From contig NIVC01000548.1 of the NCBI GenBank assembly GCA_002269645.1, positions 49,693-113,692 on the forward strand: a stretch of 64,000 bases of DNA, given 5' to 3'. Both the position numbers and the translations under genes were made by a program. The notes below the pieces were generated by a model. It saw only the letters and a program-made list of their open reading frames with translations, ran no database searches and was not told the origin of the DNA. Positions 25,258-38,080 of the stretch are shown piece after piece. This DNA comes from Macrostomum lignano (Eukaryota). Numbering within the stretch: the stretch's first letter is position 1; each line of letters begins with the position of its first letter.

Positions 25258-28200
25258 ATGTCGGACCAAGCTGTGGATCTCTACGACGACCTCCCAACCG
25301 GAGGTGAAGTGTCATTTGAAGGCGGCGTCAGCGACGCGAAACATCGCCGTCTAGTGTACATTCGCGTCACCTGCTGGCTGACCGCTGACGCGTCTAGCTG
25401 GGCCGCGCTTCCAGAATCGTTAGTAGAAAGATTCGAAAATGACAGGCGAAGATTAGTCTCCGCTCGGGCATCGATGTTAGTATCCGATGGAGCTTCTTTA
25501 GCTAAACTGCTCGCCGCTAATTCCTCCAATTCGGCATCTGTAGAATCGCCAACTGAATTGTATTGCCGTTGGAGTCACGGTACAATCGATGTTGATTGTA
25601 CTGTTCCCATAGCAACGGTTGCTACGGTATCTAGTAGTGGTACTAATAGATCGAGCTGCGTTAGCGTTGGCATAAAAATCAATTATCTTTGTCCATTGTT
25701 GATTGGCGGCGATTTCGAGGACGATGAAGTCTGGCAAAGATTAGACGCTGGTCTGGTGGATTATGTCCGTCAGCTAGGCCTAACTGTTGCCAAGTGGCGC
25801 CGTCCTGTCGATACTAATTATTATCGATTAACCGAACCATTAGTTGGCGGCCGGCCCCGCCTGATTCGGGTGTTTTATCCCATTGGCGCAGACACAGACG
25901 AGTTGCGTCAGCTGCGTCACGGCTGGCACGAGCAGCTTGGCGTGCCGAAAACTCGACCAGTGTTCTGGCCAGCAATGCGACTGAAGTTCGCTGCAGACCA
26001 GCGGCTGTCTACTAGTGATGCTGGAAATGGAGCTGATGAAGATGAGTCTGGTAGGCTAGTGATTAATCCGCATTTGAAGGCCAAGCCGCAGCCGGAAACA
26101 GCGCCTTGGGTCACCCGGCTAGTGCAAGGAGATTATGCTTATTATCACTATGGCAGCTGCGGCTTCCACGACTCCGGCTGGGGCTGCGCCTACAGGTTGG
26201 TCTTGTTGAATTTGAATGGACTATCTCCGACTTCATGTCATCGATTCCGATCTCCGACTTCAGATCTCCGACACTTCACATCTCTGACACTCCATATCTC
26301 CGACACTCCATATCTCCGACACTTCACATCTCCGACACTCCATATCTTCGACACTCCAAATCTCCGACACTCCATATCTCCGACACTCCATATCTTCGAC
26401 ACTCCAAATCTCCGACACTCCATATCTCCGACACTCCATATCTCCGACACTCCATATCTCCGACACTCCATATCTCCGACACTCCATATCTCCGACACTC
26501 CACATCTCCGACACTCCATATCTCCGACACTCCATATCTTCGACACTCCATATCTCCGACACTCCATATCTCCGACACTCCATATCTCCGACACTCCATA
26601 TCTCCGACACTCCATATCTCCGACACTCCACATCTCCGACACTCCATATCTCCGACACTCCATATCTCCGACAATCCATATCTCCGACACTCCATATCTC
26701 CGACACTCCATATCTCCGACAATCCATATCTCCGACACTCCACATCTCCGACACTCCACATCTCCGACACTCCACATCTCCGACACTCCATATCTTCGAC
26801 ACTCCATATCTCCGACACTCCACATCTCCGACACTCCATATCTTCGACACTCCATATCTCCGACACTCCACATCTCCGACACTCCATATCTCCGACACTC
26901 CACATCTCCGACACTCCACATCTCCGACACTCCACATCTCCGACACTCCATATCTTCGACACTCCATATCTCCGACACTCCACATCTCCGACACTCCATA
27001 TCTTCGACACTCCATATCTTCGACACTCCACATCTCCGACACTCCATATCTCCGACACTCCACATCTCCGACACTCCACATCTCCGACACTCCATATCTT
27101 CGACACTCCACATCTCCGACACTCCACATCTCCGACACTCCACATCTCCGACACTCCATATCTCCGACACTCCATATCTTCGACACTCCATATCTCCGAC
27201 ACTCCATATCTCCGACACTCCATATCTCCGACAATCCATATCTCCGACACTCCATATCTCCGACACTCCATATCTCCGACACTCCATATCTCCGACACTC
27301 CATATCTCCGACACTCCATATCTCCGACACTCCATATCTCCGACACTCCATATCTCCGACACTCCATATCTCCGACAATCCATATCTCCGACACTCCATA
27401 TCTCCGACACTCCATATCTCCGACAATCCATATCTCCGACACTCCATATCTCCGACACTCCACATCTCCGACACTCCACATCTCCGACACTCCATATCTT
27501 CGACACTCCATATCTCCGACACTCCACATCTCCGACACTCCATATCTTCGACACTCCATATCTCCGACACTCCATATCTTCGACACTCCATATCTCCGAC
27601 ACTCCACATCTCCGACACTCCATATCTTCGACACTCCACATCTCCGACACTCCACATCTCCGACACTCCATATCTTCGACACTCCACATCTCCGACACTC
27701 CACATCTCCGACACTCCACATCTCCGACACTCCACATCTTTGACACTCCATATCTCCGACACTTCACATCTCCGACTCTTTATATCCTCAGAAATTCATA
27801 ACTCCGACAATTCATATTTTTGATACTCCATATTTCCGACGGGAAAAATAATCCTCTCCACAGATCTCTGCAAACAATCGTGTCTTGGTTGCGCCGTCGC
27901 GGTGTTATAGACGCCCCCGTGCCTAAACACGAAGCAATCCAACGAGCCTTGGTTGATCTGGGTGACAAGCCGAAGTCATTGATCGGATCTAGGCAGTGGC
28001 TTGGCGCTGTGGAACTGTCCTACGCGTTGAAAAGTTTAACCGGAGTTGCCGCCCGTCTGGTGCACGTGTCTCGGGGTGTTGACCTGCCTGAACAGGTGAG
28101 GTCTTTCATGAGCTTCTTCCTGAGCTTTCGAATTTGAAAATGGGACCAGATTGGGGAGCAGATAGCCAGATTAGGGAGCAGATAGCCAGACTAGGGAGCA

Positions 28201-29356
28201 GATAGCCAGACTAGGGAGCAGATAGCCAGAATAGAGTAGATAGCCAGATTAGGGAGCAGATAGCCAGACTAGGGAGCAGATAGCCAGACTAGGGAGCAGA
28301 TAGCCAGAATAGAGTAGATAGCCAGATTAGGGAGCAGATAGCCAGACTAGGGAGCAGATAGCCAGACTAGGGAGCAGATAGCCAGAATAGAGTAGATAGC
28401 CAGATTAGGGAGCAGATAGCCAGACTAGGGAGCAGATAGCCAGACTAGGGAGCAGATAGCCAGAATAGAGTAGATAGCCAGATTAGGGAGCAGATAGCCA
28501 GACTAGGGAGCAGATAGCCAGACTAGGGAGCAGATAGCCAGACTAGGGAGCAGATAGCCAGAATAGAGTAGATAGCCAGATTAGGGAGCAGATAGCCAGA
28601 CTAGGGAGCAGATAGCCAGACTAGGGAGCAGATAGCCAGAATAGAGTAGATAGCCAGATTAGGGAGCAGATAGCCAGATTAGGGAGCAGATAGCCAGAAT
28701 AGAGAGTAGATAGCCAGATTAGGGAGCAGATAGCCAGAATAGAGAGTAGATAGCCAGATTAGGGAGCAGATAGCCAGACTAGGGAGCAGATAGCCAGAAT
28801 AGAGAGTAGATAGCCAGATTAGGGAGTAGATATCCAGACTAGGGAGCAGATAGCCAGAATAGAGAGTAGATAGCCAGATTAGGGAGCAGATAGCCGGATT
28901 AGGGAGTAGATAGCCGGATTAGGGAGTAGATAGCCGGATTAGGGAGTAGATAGCCGGATTAGGGAGTAGATAGCCGGATTAGGGAGTAGATAGCCGAATT
29001 AGGGAGCAGATAGCCAGACAGATTAGCACAGCCACTATACAAGAAGCAGCTCACTGCCCTCTTCATCTCATGCTGCAACACAATGCCAGGCCCGTCTGTT
29101 GTTGCATCATTTCGAAACCATCGGCTGCCCGGTGATGATTGGCGGCGGCCAGTACGCCCACACTCTGCTTGGCTGCAGTCTGAACGAGGCCAGCGGCGAG
29201 GTGCGCTGGCTGGTGTTGGATCCGCACTACACCGGCTCCGAGACGGACGCCAAGCAGCTCAGCAAAGACGGCTGGTGCGGTTGGAAATCGGCCTCGTTTT
29301 TTAAATCCGATGTGCACTACAATTTGTGCATACCGCAGCCGGATATGGGCGTCTGA
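25258..29356 (+). CDS. UFSP2: UFM1-specific protease 2 (478 aa, long form)
   Basis: Exons 25258-26195, 27864-28095, 29090-29356. Catalytic motifs DSGWGCAYR|SLQTIVSW, PVMIGGG..AHT.LG and LDPHYTG. Length matches the long UFSP2 form. Confidence 0.93.
26235..27840. repeat. 16-bp minisatellite (TCTCCGACACTCCATA)n filling UFSP2 intron 1
   Basis: About 100 units; source of the many spurious long ORFs. Confidence 0.95.
28150..29020. repeat. 20-bp minisatellite (GATAGCCAGA[T/C]TAGGGAGCA) with a 78-bp higher-order period
   Basis: A-B-B-C pattern (20+20+20+18 bp) in UFSP2 intron 2. Confidence 0.92.
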
Positions 29357-29359
29357 CTG

Positions 29360-29700
29360 CTGTGTCACTGATGTCACTGCTGTGTCACTGATATCACTGA
29401 TGTCACTAGTGTGCCACTAATGTCACTGTTGTGTCACTGATGTCACTTTTGTACCACTGATGTCACTTAGTATGTCACTAATGTCACTGTTGTATCACTG
29501 ATGTCACTGTTGTGTCACTGATGTCACTTTTGTACCACTGATGTCACTTAGTATGTCACTAATGTCACTGTTGTATCACTGATGTCACTGTTGTGTCACT
29601 GATGTCACTTTTGTACCACTGATGTCACTTAGTGTGTCACTAATGTCACTGTTGTATCACTGATGTGACTTAGTGTGTCACTGATGACACTAATGTGTCA
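29360..29700. repeat. TGTCACTGA-based short tandem repeat
   Basis: Starts immediately after the UFSP2 stop. Confidence 0.85.
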
Positions 29701-30699
29701 GAGAAGTCAACATAGTCAAAACATGATGAAGAAATGTTTTTGTTTTGTGTACTCAGTACCTTTATATTGTACTGTTGTGGGTGTTGATAAATTCCCATAC
29801 AAATTAATAATTATATAATCTGTCTCTGAACCATTCGATTTCTATTATAGTTATCCTAAATCAGCTATGACTTCATATTATTGTATTGTAAATGGTGTTG
29901 GCATTTTTTGTTATTTGCGGCTATTGCTTCAACTCGCATAGTTTTGAGTTGCGCATCTCTCTGCCCTCCGTGTTTATGTTTTGTGATTTTTTTAACTTTA
30001 AAAAATCTTCAAATATCACTTCTATATCGTGTGTATGTGTGTATTGTGAAATTTAAAGCACAATTTTTTGCAATCGTTTATATCGAGTGAGATCGAATTT
30101 GTTTTGCAAAATAATGCGCTGCACAGATAAAAAATTGGGAATTTATGGTGGTTGTAAAATTGTCTGAAAATTGTGTTCCAGGTGCAATTGAACCATCTGG
30201 ATTTTCTTCTGAAAAGAAATTTTGATTGGTCACTTGGCAGTTCTCTTCTGGCTTCGTTTATTTATTGTTATAATTTACTAGCAGATTAGGTTAAGGAATC
30301 TTTCAAACAACTTTCGTGTCGAAATGAAGGGTCTATTTGTGAAGTACATTTAGAACTTTTCATGGCGTGAGCCCCACATTCATTTGGGGCTGGCGGGTTG
30401 TGAAATCCCATGGGGGCTAACGCCAATGTCAAAGGCATGACGATTGGAAAGTACATCTAATTAATAAAAATGTTTTCGAATCGAGTTTTAGATGGATTTT
30501 TTCGACCTAAATTATTTGTTCTAAAGGATTAAAATCTTCTTACGAGCGTATCAAAAATGCAGTACTTAAACTTTGCTTGCTTTATGAGTTTAAAATGTTT
30601 ACGTGATGAGATGTCGAAGTTAGTGTTAATTCTATTTATTCTTTAAAGCTATTGCTAATAATGATTAATTTCGAGGCTTAAGGAGTTGCTGAGATGCCA

Positions 30700-30990
30700 A
30701 AGCTCATTGGTGAATCCCAGAGATGTCAAGACTTATTGAGGAATCCCGGAGATGCCAAGACTCGTTGGGGAATCCCGGAAATTCCAAAACTCCTTGGGAA
30801 ATTCCGGAGATGCCAAGACTCCTTAGGGAATCCCGGAAATGCCAAGACACATTGGGGAATCCCGTCCCGAGATGCCAAGACTCATGTAGGGATCCCGAAG
30901 ATGCCAAGACTCATTGGGGAATCCCGGAGATGCCAAGACTCCTTAGGGAATCCCGGAGATGCCAAGACTCATCTGATTCGGGAATCCCAT
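30700..30990. repeat. ~30-bp minisatellite (GGGAATCCCGGAGATGCCAAGACTCCTTAG)
   Basis: About 9 degenerate units. Confidence 0.85.
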
Positions 30991-31554
30991 AGTCTCTAAG
31001 ATACTAACAATTCTCGTGGTGACTAAGATAAACTTTGTTACGCTCAGAGTTTCTTTCGAAAACTCTTATTTAATATGTATTGATCTTTGGCTTTGAAATA
31101 GTAACTGCAATTTTATGATTTCAATAAAAGCTAATACATTTCACGTGCCAGTTCCTCCAACTGCCTACTCAGGTTGAAACGTAAAAGATATCAGAAAACT
31201 TGACTAATATTCAATACTTGCAACTTGCCTCGATTCTCTTGAATGCGTGTGTCATTTCGATTATGCCAAGCACTGTAGCTTCGGTGCGGGGCACTCATTC
31301 CACTGGCTTTGTTTTATCTAGATATCTTTATCTACAGAGTACAGACGCTCGTAAAACCAAATACTTGGAAGTTCCGATTCCCACAGAACGGCCTGTGTTT
31401 TTGTAGCACACGTTATACATTGCATGAACTGCATGGATTGACCCTGTGGTACTGCACATGTTACCCTGGCTGTCACTGCATGCAGGCACAGTTGCGGTTC
31501 TCTGGCACAAAATTGTGTTGACCAACTTTCAGCGGCTTACTCGCCGCTGTCCCG

Positions 31555-34511
31555 ATGGAGCCGCAGCAGCTGAAGGATGTCGCGGCCGCCAAGATCGACG
31601 AGTCGCGCGAGCTGCTGCTCAGCGTCAGCTCCCGCCTGTGGCAGAACCCGGAGCTGGCGCTGGAGGAGCGAATGGCGCACCAGCTGCTGACGGAGACGCT
31701 GGAGTCGTCGGGCTTCAGCGTGACGCGGCACTTCGTGCTGGACACCGGGTTCAAGGCCGAGTTCGGGTCTGCTCGACCCCACATCGCCGTGATGTGCGAG
31801 TTCGACGCTCTGCCAGGCATCGGGCACGCCTGCGGACACAACCTGATCGCTGAGGTGGCGGTGGGCGCCGGTCTGGGCATCAAGGCGGCCATGGAGGCGG
31901 GCGGCCTGTCCGGCAGGGTCACCGTGCTCGGGACTCCGGCAGAGGAGGCACACGGCGGAAAGATCGACATGATCAGGTGCGACTACTAAGACTTGGTGGG
32001 GCCACGCACGGAACCTAGTCAATAGCATTTTCACTGTAATTGATCTTGCTCTGTTTCTTCAGTGGGTTGTGAAGAATTTATGACTTTAATAGGAAACAGT
32101 AATTATCGATAGTTTTAGAACCTAGAGGTTATGACATACTGGTACTGTGACAGGAAAAGAAGCATGTGCAGAAAATTAGGACACAACAACACAATCTTGG
32201 TGTTATTTTTTAAGCGGCACATTCTAAGAAATTCAATCTCGTTTGTTTTTATCATTGTATTCGGAAACTATCGCAATGCTACTTTCCCGTTAAAAACTTT
32301 ACCATGACAAGAATCGCTAAAGGGCCATTGCTAGTGCGGCAACTCTTGTGACTTTTTAACGACTCAAACGACTGCAATACTACGGAGAGGCGATTTTTGC
32401 GTCACAATTAGCGCGTCACGTCAGTTGCAGAACCGTAAAAGAGTTGCGAAAGAGTCATACAAGAATCGTGTTGGCGCTTACTATTGCTAGAGATACGACT
32501 CAATTCATCAAGCGATGCAATTGCGCTTCAAACGCAACTCGGTGACTCTACAGCGACTTTAGCACGCCTCAAACACGACTTTACGACCCCAGAGTCGTTA
32601 TAACGTTGCTCCAGCGTCGCCCTAGAGGCAATAAAATGCTTGAAGGTAATTCATGAATCTTGAGGGACTCGTTGACGACTTTTTGACGGCTTGTACCGGA
32701 ACATCTCATCGTTTTAGAGTCATTTAGAGACTCTTTCCTATTTTACTTATGTCAACTGCAATGACGCTTAAACGACCCTGGGACGCTTCTTGGCCTGGGT
32801 TTGATAGTCCTACATTCCTTAAAGCACAGAAATGTCTTTACTCGTACAGTGAGTACTAAGAAGCGCATGTCACACGCCGCTTAACACTGTGCAGATCGGC
32901 ATTCTTCACCGATGTGGACGTCGCAATGATGGCGCACCCCTACAAGCTGACTGTGGCTCGTCCGCGTGCGCTTAGCATCCAGGCATTCGACGTCACCTTC
33001 ACCGGCAAGGCGTCCCACGCTGCCGGCTCGCCCTGGGAGGGCCTCAACGCCCTTGACGCGGCCGTGACGGCCTACCAAAGCGTGTCGAACCTGCGGCAAG
33101 AGATGCGGCCGGACTGGCGGGTGCACGGCATCGTGAAGGAGGGCGGCCAGCGGCCCAACATCATCCCTGAGCGAGCTGTGCTGGGTACGCGATGATCCGG
33201 TTTAAAAATAAGTCATGTCCCTTTGATTTTTGTCGAATCCTAACATGCCTACTAATAGTAGAAAAAGCAAGCCATGTGAATCCTAAGTCCTGTGATGTAT
33301 AGGTCTCGTGAAATTTAGGTCCTATACAGTTTAGGTCTTATGAAGTTTAGTTTCTCTGAAGTTTAGGTCCTGTCAAGTTTTGGGTCTATGAAATTTAGGT
33401 TCTGTGAATGTTAGGTCTTGTAAAGTTTTTGGATTTGTAAAATTTAGGTCCTATGAAGTTCAGGTCCTGTGAAGTTTAGGTCCTATGAAGTTAGGATCTT
33501 GTGAAGTTTAGGTCTTGTGAAGTTCAGGTCTTGTGAATTGACCGTTCTAATTTGACTTTCGGCGATGCGATTTTTAGGTCTTGTATAAAAGCGCCCCATT
33601 GTATTTCTACCTCAGATCAGGGCGGTTAGTCTTTCACAGCGGAATTGACCTGTTGCCACTCTCTCGCGGTCAATGTCTTACCAGGTGACTCATCAAGATG
33701 CATTGGACATAGTACATAAAAGAGTCCCTGTTTTCCTGATTACAAAACTAAATGCTTCAAGTGCGCACCATATATTTCCAAGCCCTCCAAGTTTGATTGT
33801 CATTACAGGGTTTTCATTCTAGAAGTTGTTGACATTTAGGAATTTTTATTTACACTTTGCATATAAAATCACAAAGCAAGTAGAGTCCCAGAAAGGCCAT
33901 TTTACAGTTAAAATCACAAAGCGATAATAGCCCTAAAAGGGCCGTTTTAAAGTTCGAATCAATCATCCAAACAGATAAATAGACACTCCAAACGAAAGTT
34001 TGCCTATCCCAGATGTACCTGCTCTCCCGCAGAGTACTACATCCGCGCTCCAACAGACAAAGAACTCGCCGTTTTGCGTCGCAAAGTGGATGCCTGCTTT
34101 GACGCTGCCGCTCTCGCCACTGGCTGCAGTTGGCAGTCCGAGATAAACGGACACGCCAACAGTAACTTGATAACCAACGAGTCTTTGATTAAATTTTACA
34201 CGAAGAACTTGGTCAGATTGAATGAGCCTTTCCTAGAATCAGAGCCAGATGCGGTTATCGGCTCCACAGACATGGGCAACGTGAGCTACGAGGTGCCGTC
34301 AGTTCATCCAATGTTCTCAGTTGGTGGCCAGGCGGCTATTCACACACGCGATTTTGCTGAGCTGGCTGGCGACCCAGCTGCTCAGCCGCACGCCCTGACT
34401 CAGGCCAAGGCGCTGGCTATGACTGGCATCGATATTCTGACGCAGCCTGGCGTGCTCGAACAGATCTGGGAAGGTTTTCGAGCCGATATGGCCAGGCTGA
34501 AGGACTTTTAG
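31555..34511 (+). CDS. PM20D2: Peptidase M20 domain-containing protein 2, paralog 1 (396 aa)
   Basis: Exons 31555-31976, 32895-33184, 34033-34511. Motifs EFDALPGIGHACGHNLIA, GTPAEE, MAHP, GKASHAAGSPWEGLNALDA, GSTDMGNVS. Confidence 0.92.
32286..32799 (+). repeat. GACTC/GAGTC-rich interspersed element, ~510 bp, in PM20D2-1 intron 1
   Basis: Begins CCCGTTAAAA.C.TTACCATGAC and ends GGACGCTTCTTGGCCT, as do the copies at 34586-35925. Confidence 0.75.
33290..33540. repeat. 16-bp degenerate minisatellite (AAGTTTAGGTCCTGTG)
   Basis: About 15 units in PM20D2-1 intron 2. Confidence 0.85.
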
Positions 34512-34585
34512 CGCTATGTTTACTAGGAGTTCTTGGACAGCTAAAAGAAGTTGGTTTTCAAGATAGTTTCCTGCATAACGTTTCA

Positions 34586-35925
34586 CATTGAAAAGGTTAC
34601 TGTCACCAGAATCGCTAGAGTCACTGCAAACAACTCAAACGACTGTGGTGCGACAGATAAGGCTCAAACCAGTTGCAGAATTGTAAAAGATTCGCAAAAA
34701 GCCGTCCAAGAGTCGTTGTGTCAGAGTTTGACCTAAGTACACTACACGTCGATTCAATTTACTAAGTGACGCAACTCAGTGATTCTACGGCGACTCCAGC
34801 ACGCCTCAGATCTGACTCTGCGGCCCCAGTGTCATTTTAAAAGCGTCATAGGTCACTTGCGTCGCCCCAGAGTCGCAGACAATAAAACACTTCGAATTGA
34901 CTCTCACTCGTAGGCGACTGCCTCTTTTACAACTTTTTGGCGACTTGTACCGTGACATCTCGTCGTTTTAGAGTCGTCTAGAGGTCACTTTTTTCTTATT
35001 TTATCTATTATCTGCACAAACTGACTCTGAAACAACTCTGGGAGAAGCAACTGAGTCTGGGATGCTTCTTGGCCTACCCGATGAGAACAGCACCTAGGCC
35101 CAGAGTCACTTGCGTCGCCCCATATTCGTTTCAGAGTTGTTGCAGATGACACAGGTAAAATAAGAAAGAAGTGACTCTAAACGACTAAACCGACAGGATG
35201 TTACGGTACAAGCCGCCAAAAAGTCAAGCCGCCAAAAAGTCAAGCCGCTCAAGAATCGCCAATCCAATAAAACGCTTTGGAGCGTTTTATTACCTGCGAC
35301 CCTGAAACGACTCTGGGGCCGTAAAGTCGTGTTTGAGACGTTCTAGAGTCACTATAGAGTCACTTGATGAATCAGAGTCACATCTCTAGAGAAATTTCAG
35401 CGCCAACACTTTTACGGTTCTGCAACTAACGCAAAAGTCGCCTCTCCGTCGCATTGCAGTCGTTTGAGTCGTTAAAAAGTCACCAGAGTTGCCACAGAGT
35501 CACTAAAGTCACTAGAGAGTTGTTTGCAATGACTCTTTAGCGATTCTTGTCATGGTAACGTTTTAACGGGTCAAGTACACTAAATGGACAATCGAGTTGT
35601 TATAAATGCGAAATAAGATTCTATTTTACTATGTGAGGCAACTCAGTGATTCTAAAACGACTCTAGCTCGCCCTAGATACGACTCTACGGGGGCCCCCAG
35701 AGTCGTAAAAGCGTCCCAGCTGGTCACTTGCGTTGCCCCAAAGTCGCGGACAATAAAATGCTGCTTTAAAATGACTCTTGCATAACTCTTTGCTGACTTT
35801 TGGCGACTTGTACCGTGACATCTCGTCGTTTTAGAGTCGTTTGGAGTCTCTTCTTTCCAATTTTACCCATGTCATCTGAAACTACTCTGGGGCAACGCAA
35901 GTGACTCCGGGACGCTTCTTGGCCT
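34586..35925. repeat. Cluster of three GACTC-rich elements: forward 34586-35075, inverted 35096-35570, partial forward ~35630-35925
   Basis: Shared termini and internal blocks recognisable on alternating strands. Confidence 0.75.
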
Positions 35926-36324
35926 CTGTACCGTTTTCATTTGATTTTGATTCAACTATTTGTAAAAAATTTATATGAATTGCGAACTGGCGAGTGTAGG
36001 CCAGGGTCTTTCTACGATTTTAAGACTACTATACAGTTTTCCATGCTAGAGATATTGTTCTACGCAAATTTGTAACTAGGTTTTTTATTTTTAACCCATA
36101 TAGCTACTAACGTGCATTAATATAAATTTTTATGTACTAATTTTGTGGCTGAGTAATTAGAATCAATTTGGGAAAGCAGACCACTGGGATGGCAATTATT
36201 CTATCTAAATGGATGGAGTGGGTCCTTTAACTGCAGATAATTCGAGATTAAATTTCCGTACAAAAAGCCGAGAATGTCTATGGTAAATCCTCACCCGGTA
36301 GTGCTTTGCCAACATACAACGCTA

Positions 36325-36555
36325 CTATAGCTTTTGTCAGCCTGACTGAGAATCCTGCATACGCTGCCTGCGAGGGGTCTTGGCTGCTTCTTGCCATAGT
36401 CTATGACCCATGGAAAGTAATAAAACGATCGATTCTCAATGTGGGTAGCTTTTTATCACTTGCAGTCTATGGTTCATAAACTAGGGCAACACGCAGCCGG
36501 GGCCCCTCGCAGGCAGCGTATTGAGGATAGTCAGTTTGGTTGTCAAAAGTTATCT
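36325..36555. mobile_element. Palindromic MITE-like element
   Basis: TATAGCTTTTGTCAGCCTGACT..ATACGCTGCCTGCGAGGGG..GGCTGC..TTGCCATAGTCTATGACCCAT is mirrored, imperfectly, by the downstream arm. Confidence 0.65.
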
Positions 36556-36902
36556 GGAAAGGCCATCAAAGCTGTATAATTAGTTCTACTAGCAATGTTC
36601 TTTCTCTGTCAATGTTAAAAACTTTACCATTTATGTCCTAACCCTAATTAAATGACTTTCATGCAGCCGCAAGCTGTAATTTACAATATTTTATGCTGTT
36701 TTAACTTTTTCTCCACTAGCTCGTTAAAGGATCTCGTATTTTAAATCATAGTCTAATATATAATGTTCCACAGGGTGGTCTTTGGTCCTCGTGGCTGTAA
36801 ATCGCAGGACAAACTCCCCCTTCTTGCACACACAAGCCCCAAATGAATGTGGCCGCGAAGGGTCGGACGCTTTTACCGCTGAGCTGGTCTACCCCGGCTC
36901 TA

Positions 36903-37202
36903 CACTCAGCAACATTGAAAAGTTTCCACCCTCGCGCCAGCCAGTTTCAAAAATGGTTTTTGTCGCCAGACTTGTGCCATAGACGATTGATGATTTCGTC
37001 AACACGCACTTGTGCCATAGACGATTGATGATTTCGTCAACACGCACTTGGGCCATAGACAAAAACTTGGGTCATGACGCCAGACAGCTCGAAGGAAACA
37101 GTCACATGGAGCAGACAGCAGCTGCTTAAAGGAGTCTAAAATCCACGTTCGCAACCGAACGCAATGGTTCGCCAAATGACCGACCTGGTACGAGCGCGGG
37201 CC
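36903..37202 (+). mobile_element. Left arm of an internally deleted Tc1/mariner element (TIR plus transposase codons 1-13)
   Basis: TA|CACTCAGCAACATTGAAAAGTTTCCACCCT terminus. ATG at 37164 gives MVRQMTDLVRARA, which continues in frame after the LTR element. Confidence 0.8.
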
Positions 37203-38066
37203 TGTAGAGTGTTCTACCTCCCGTTAAAAAAGGAAAAAAGAAGATAATCGTATAATACTACTATAAGTAAGTAAGTACACGCATGTGCGCCTAAGCTTTG
37301 AATGAATCACGCTACCAGAAAAAGATGTTACCAGAATAATACGCCATGAGCCATTTTCCCCTTTTAGCGCAACACGTGAATTGTCATGATACTATTTTGG
37401 ATCAAAAACTTGTCTATAAATACAAGCGATCTGAAGCGGTACCGGAGCCATTCTCCCCACGGAAGAGGAGCGCTCCGAAGAGGAAGCCTTAGGAGGACTT
37501 CCTGATCTACCAAGTCAATCGAGACTCGGTCGAGTTGTTGCGGTAAGCCTTCCTTATTTGCGCCCGTTGTGTTAGAGACGTCTCGCTCAAGTCTATTGAG
37601 ACTTGAGTCTAATTGAGTCTGTTGAGACTCTTGAGTCTGTTTAGACTCCATTGGTTGCAGTCTCCAGAAGGACTGCCCCTGATAGATCTTAGAGGACTAT
37701 CAGTGGTTTCCGGAGCTATACCTAGAGTGCATAGAGGCACTGCTAGAAGAAGGAGGCTTAATTTAGACCGCAGTTTGGCGCAGGGTACCCATTGTTGCTA
37801 CGAGGCCTCTGATTGGTCCTGACGGAAGATACCGGCCGGAAGAACTTATCGGAAGTACAAGAGGAACCAGGACCAGAGCAACTGAAGAATCAAGGCGCCT
37901 GATCTACGAGATCTACTGACAAGTTCCTAGCGAGAACTACTCAAGAAATTCAAATCCGGATTAAAGGTAATTGAATACCTTCGTTTGACTTACTGGGTTG
38001 CCTAGCTGTTGAGCTAGAAGTGATTGTTCCTTGATTATCGAAAGTCGGGTAATAAGGAACACATCA
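37203..38066 (+). repeat. 5' LTR (864 bp)
   Basis: TGTAGAG...ACACATCA; TATAAATA at ~37415. No difference from the 3' LTR seen by eye. Confidence 0.97.
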
Positions 38067-38068
38067 AT

Positions 38069-38080
38069 TGGTGATCTCGC
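38069..38080 (+). promoter_or_regulatory. Primer-binding site TGGTGATCTCGC
   Basis: TGG 2 nt downstream of the LTR. Complement ...GAGAUCACCA is most like a tRNA-Trp 3' end (tRNA identity is inference). Confidence 0.75.

Noticed and set aside
26106-27801. Multiple 475-850-aa ORFs on both strands (HISDTPYLRHS / MECRRYGVSEIW repeats)
   Set aside because: Translations of a stop-free 16-bp intronic minisatellite. UFSP2 splices around it (donor 26196, acceptor 27863).
37364-37651. 95-aa antisense ORF present in both LTRs (MESKQTQESQQ...)
   Set aside because: No recognisable domain; duplication is simply due to LTR identity. Cannot be supported without expression data.
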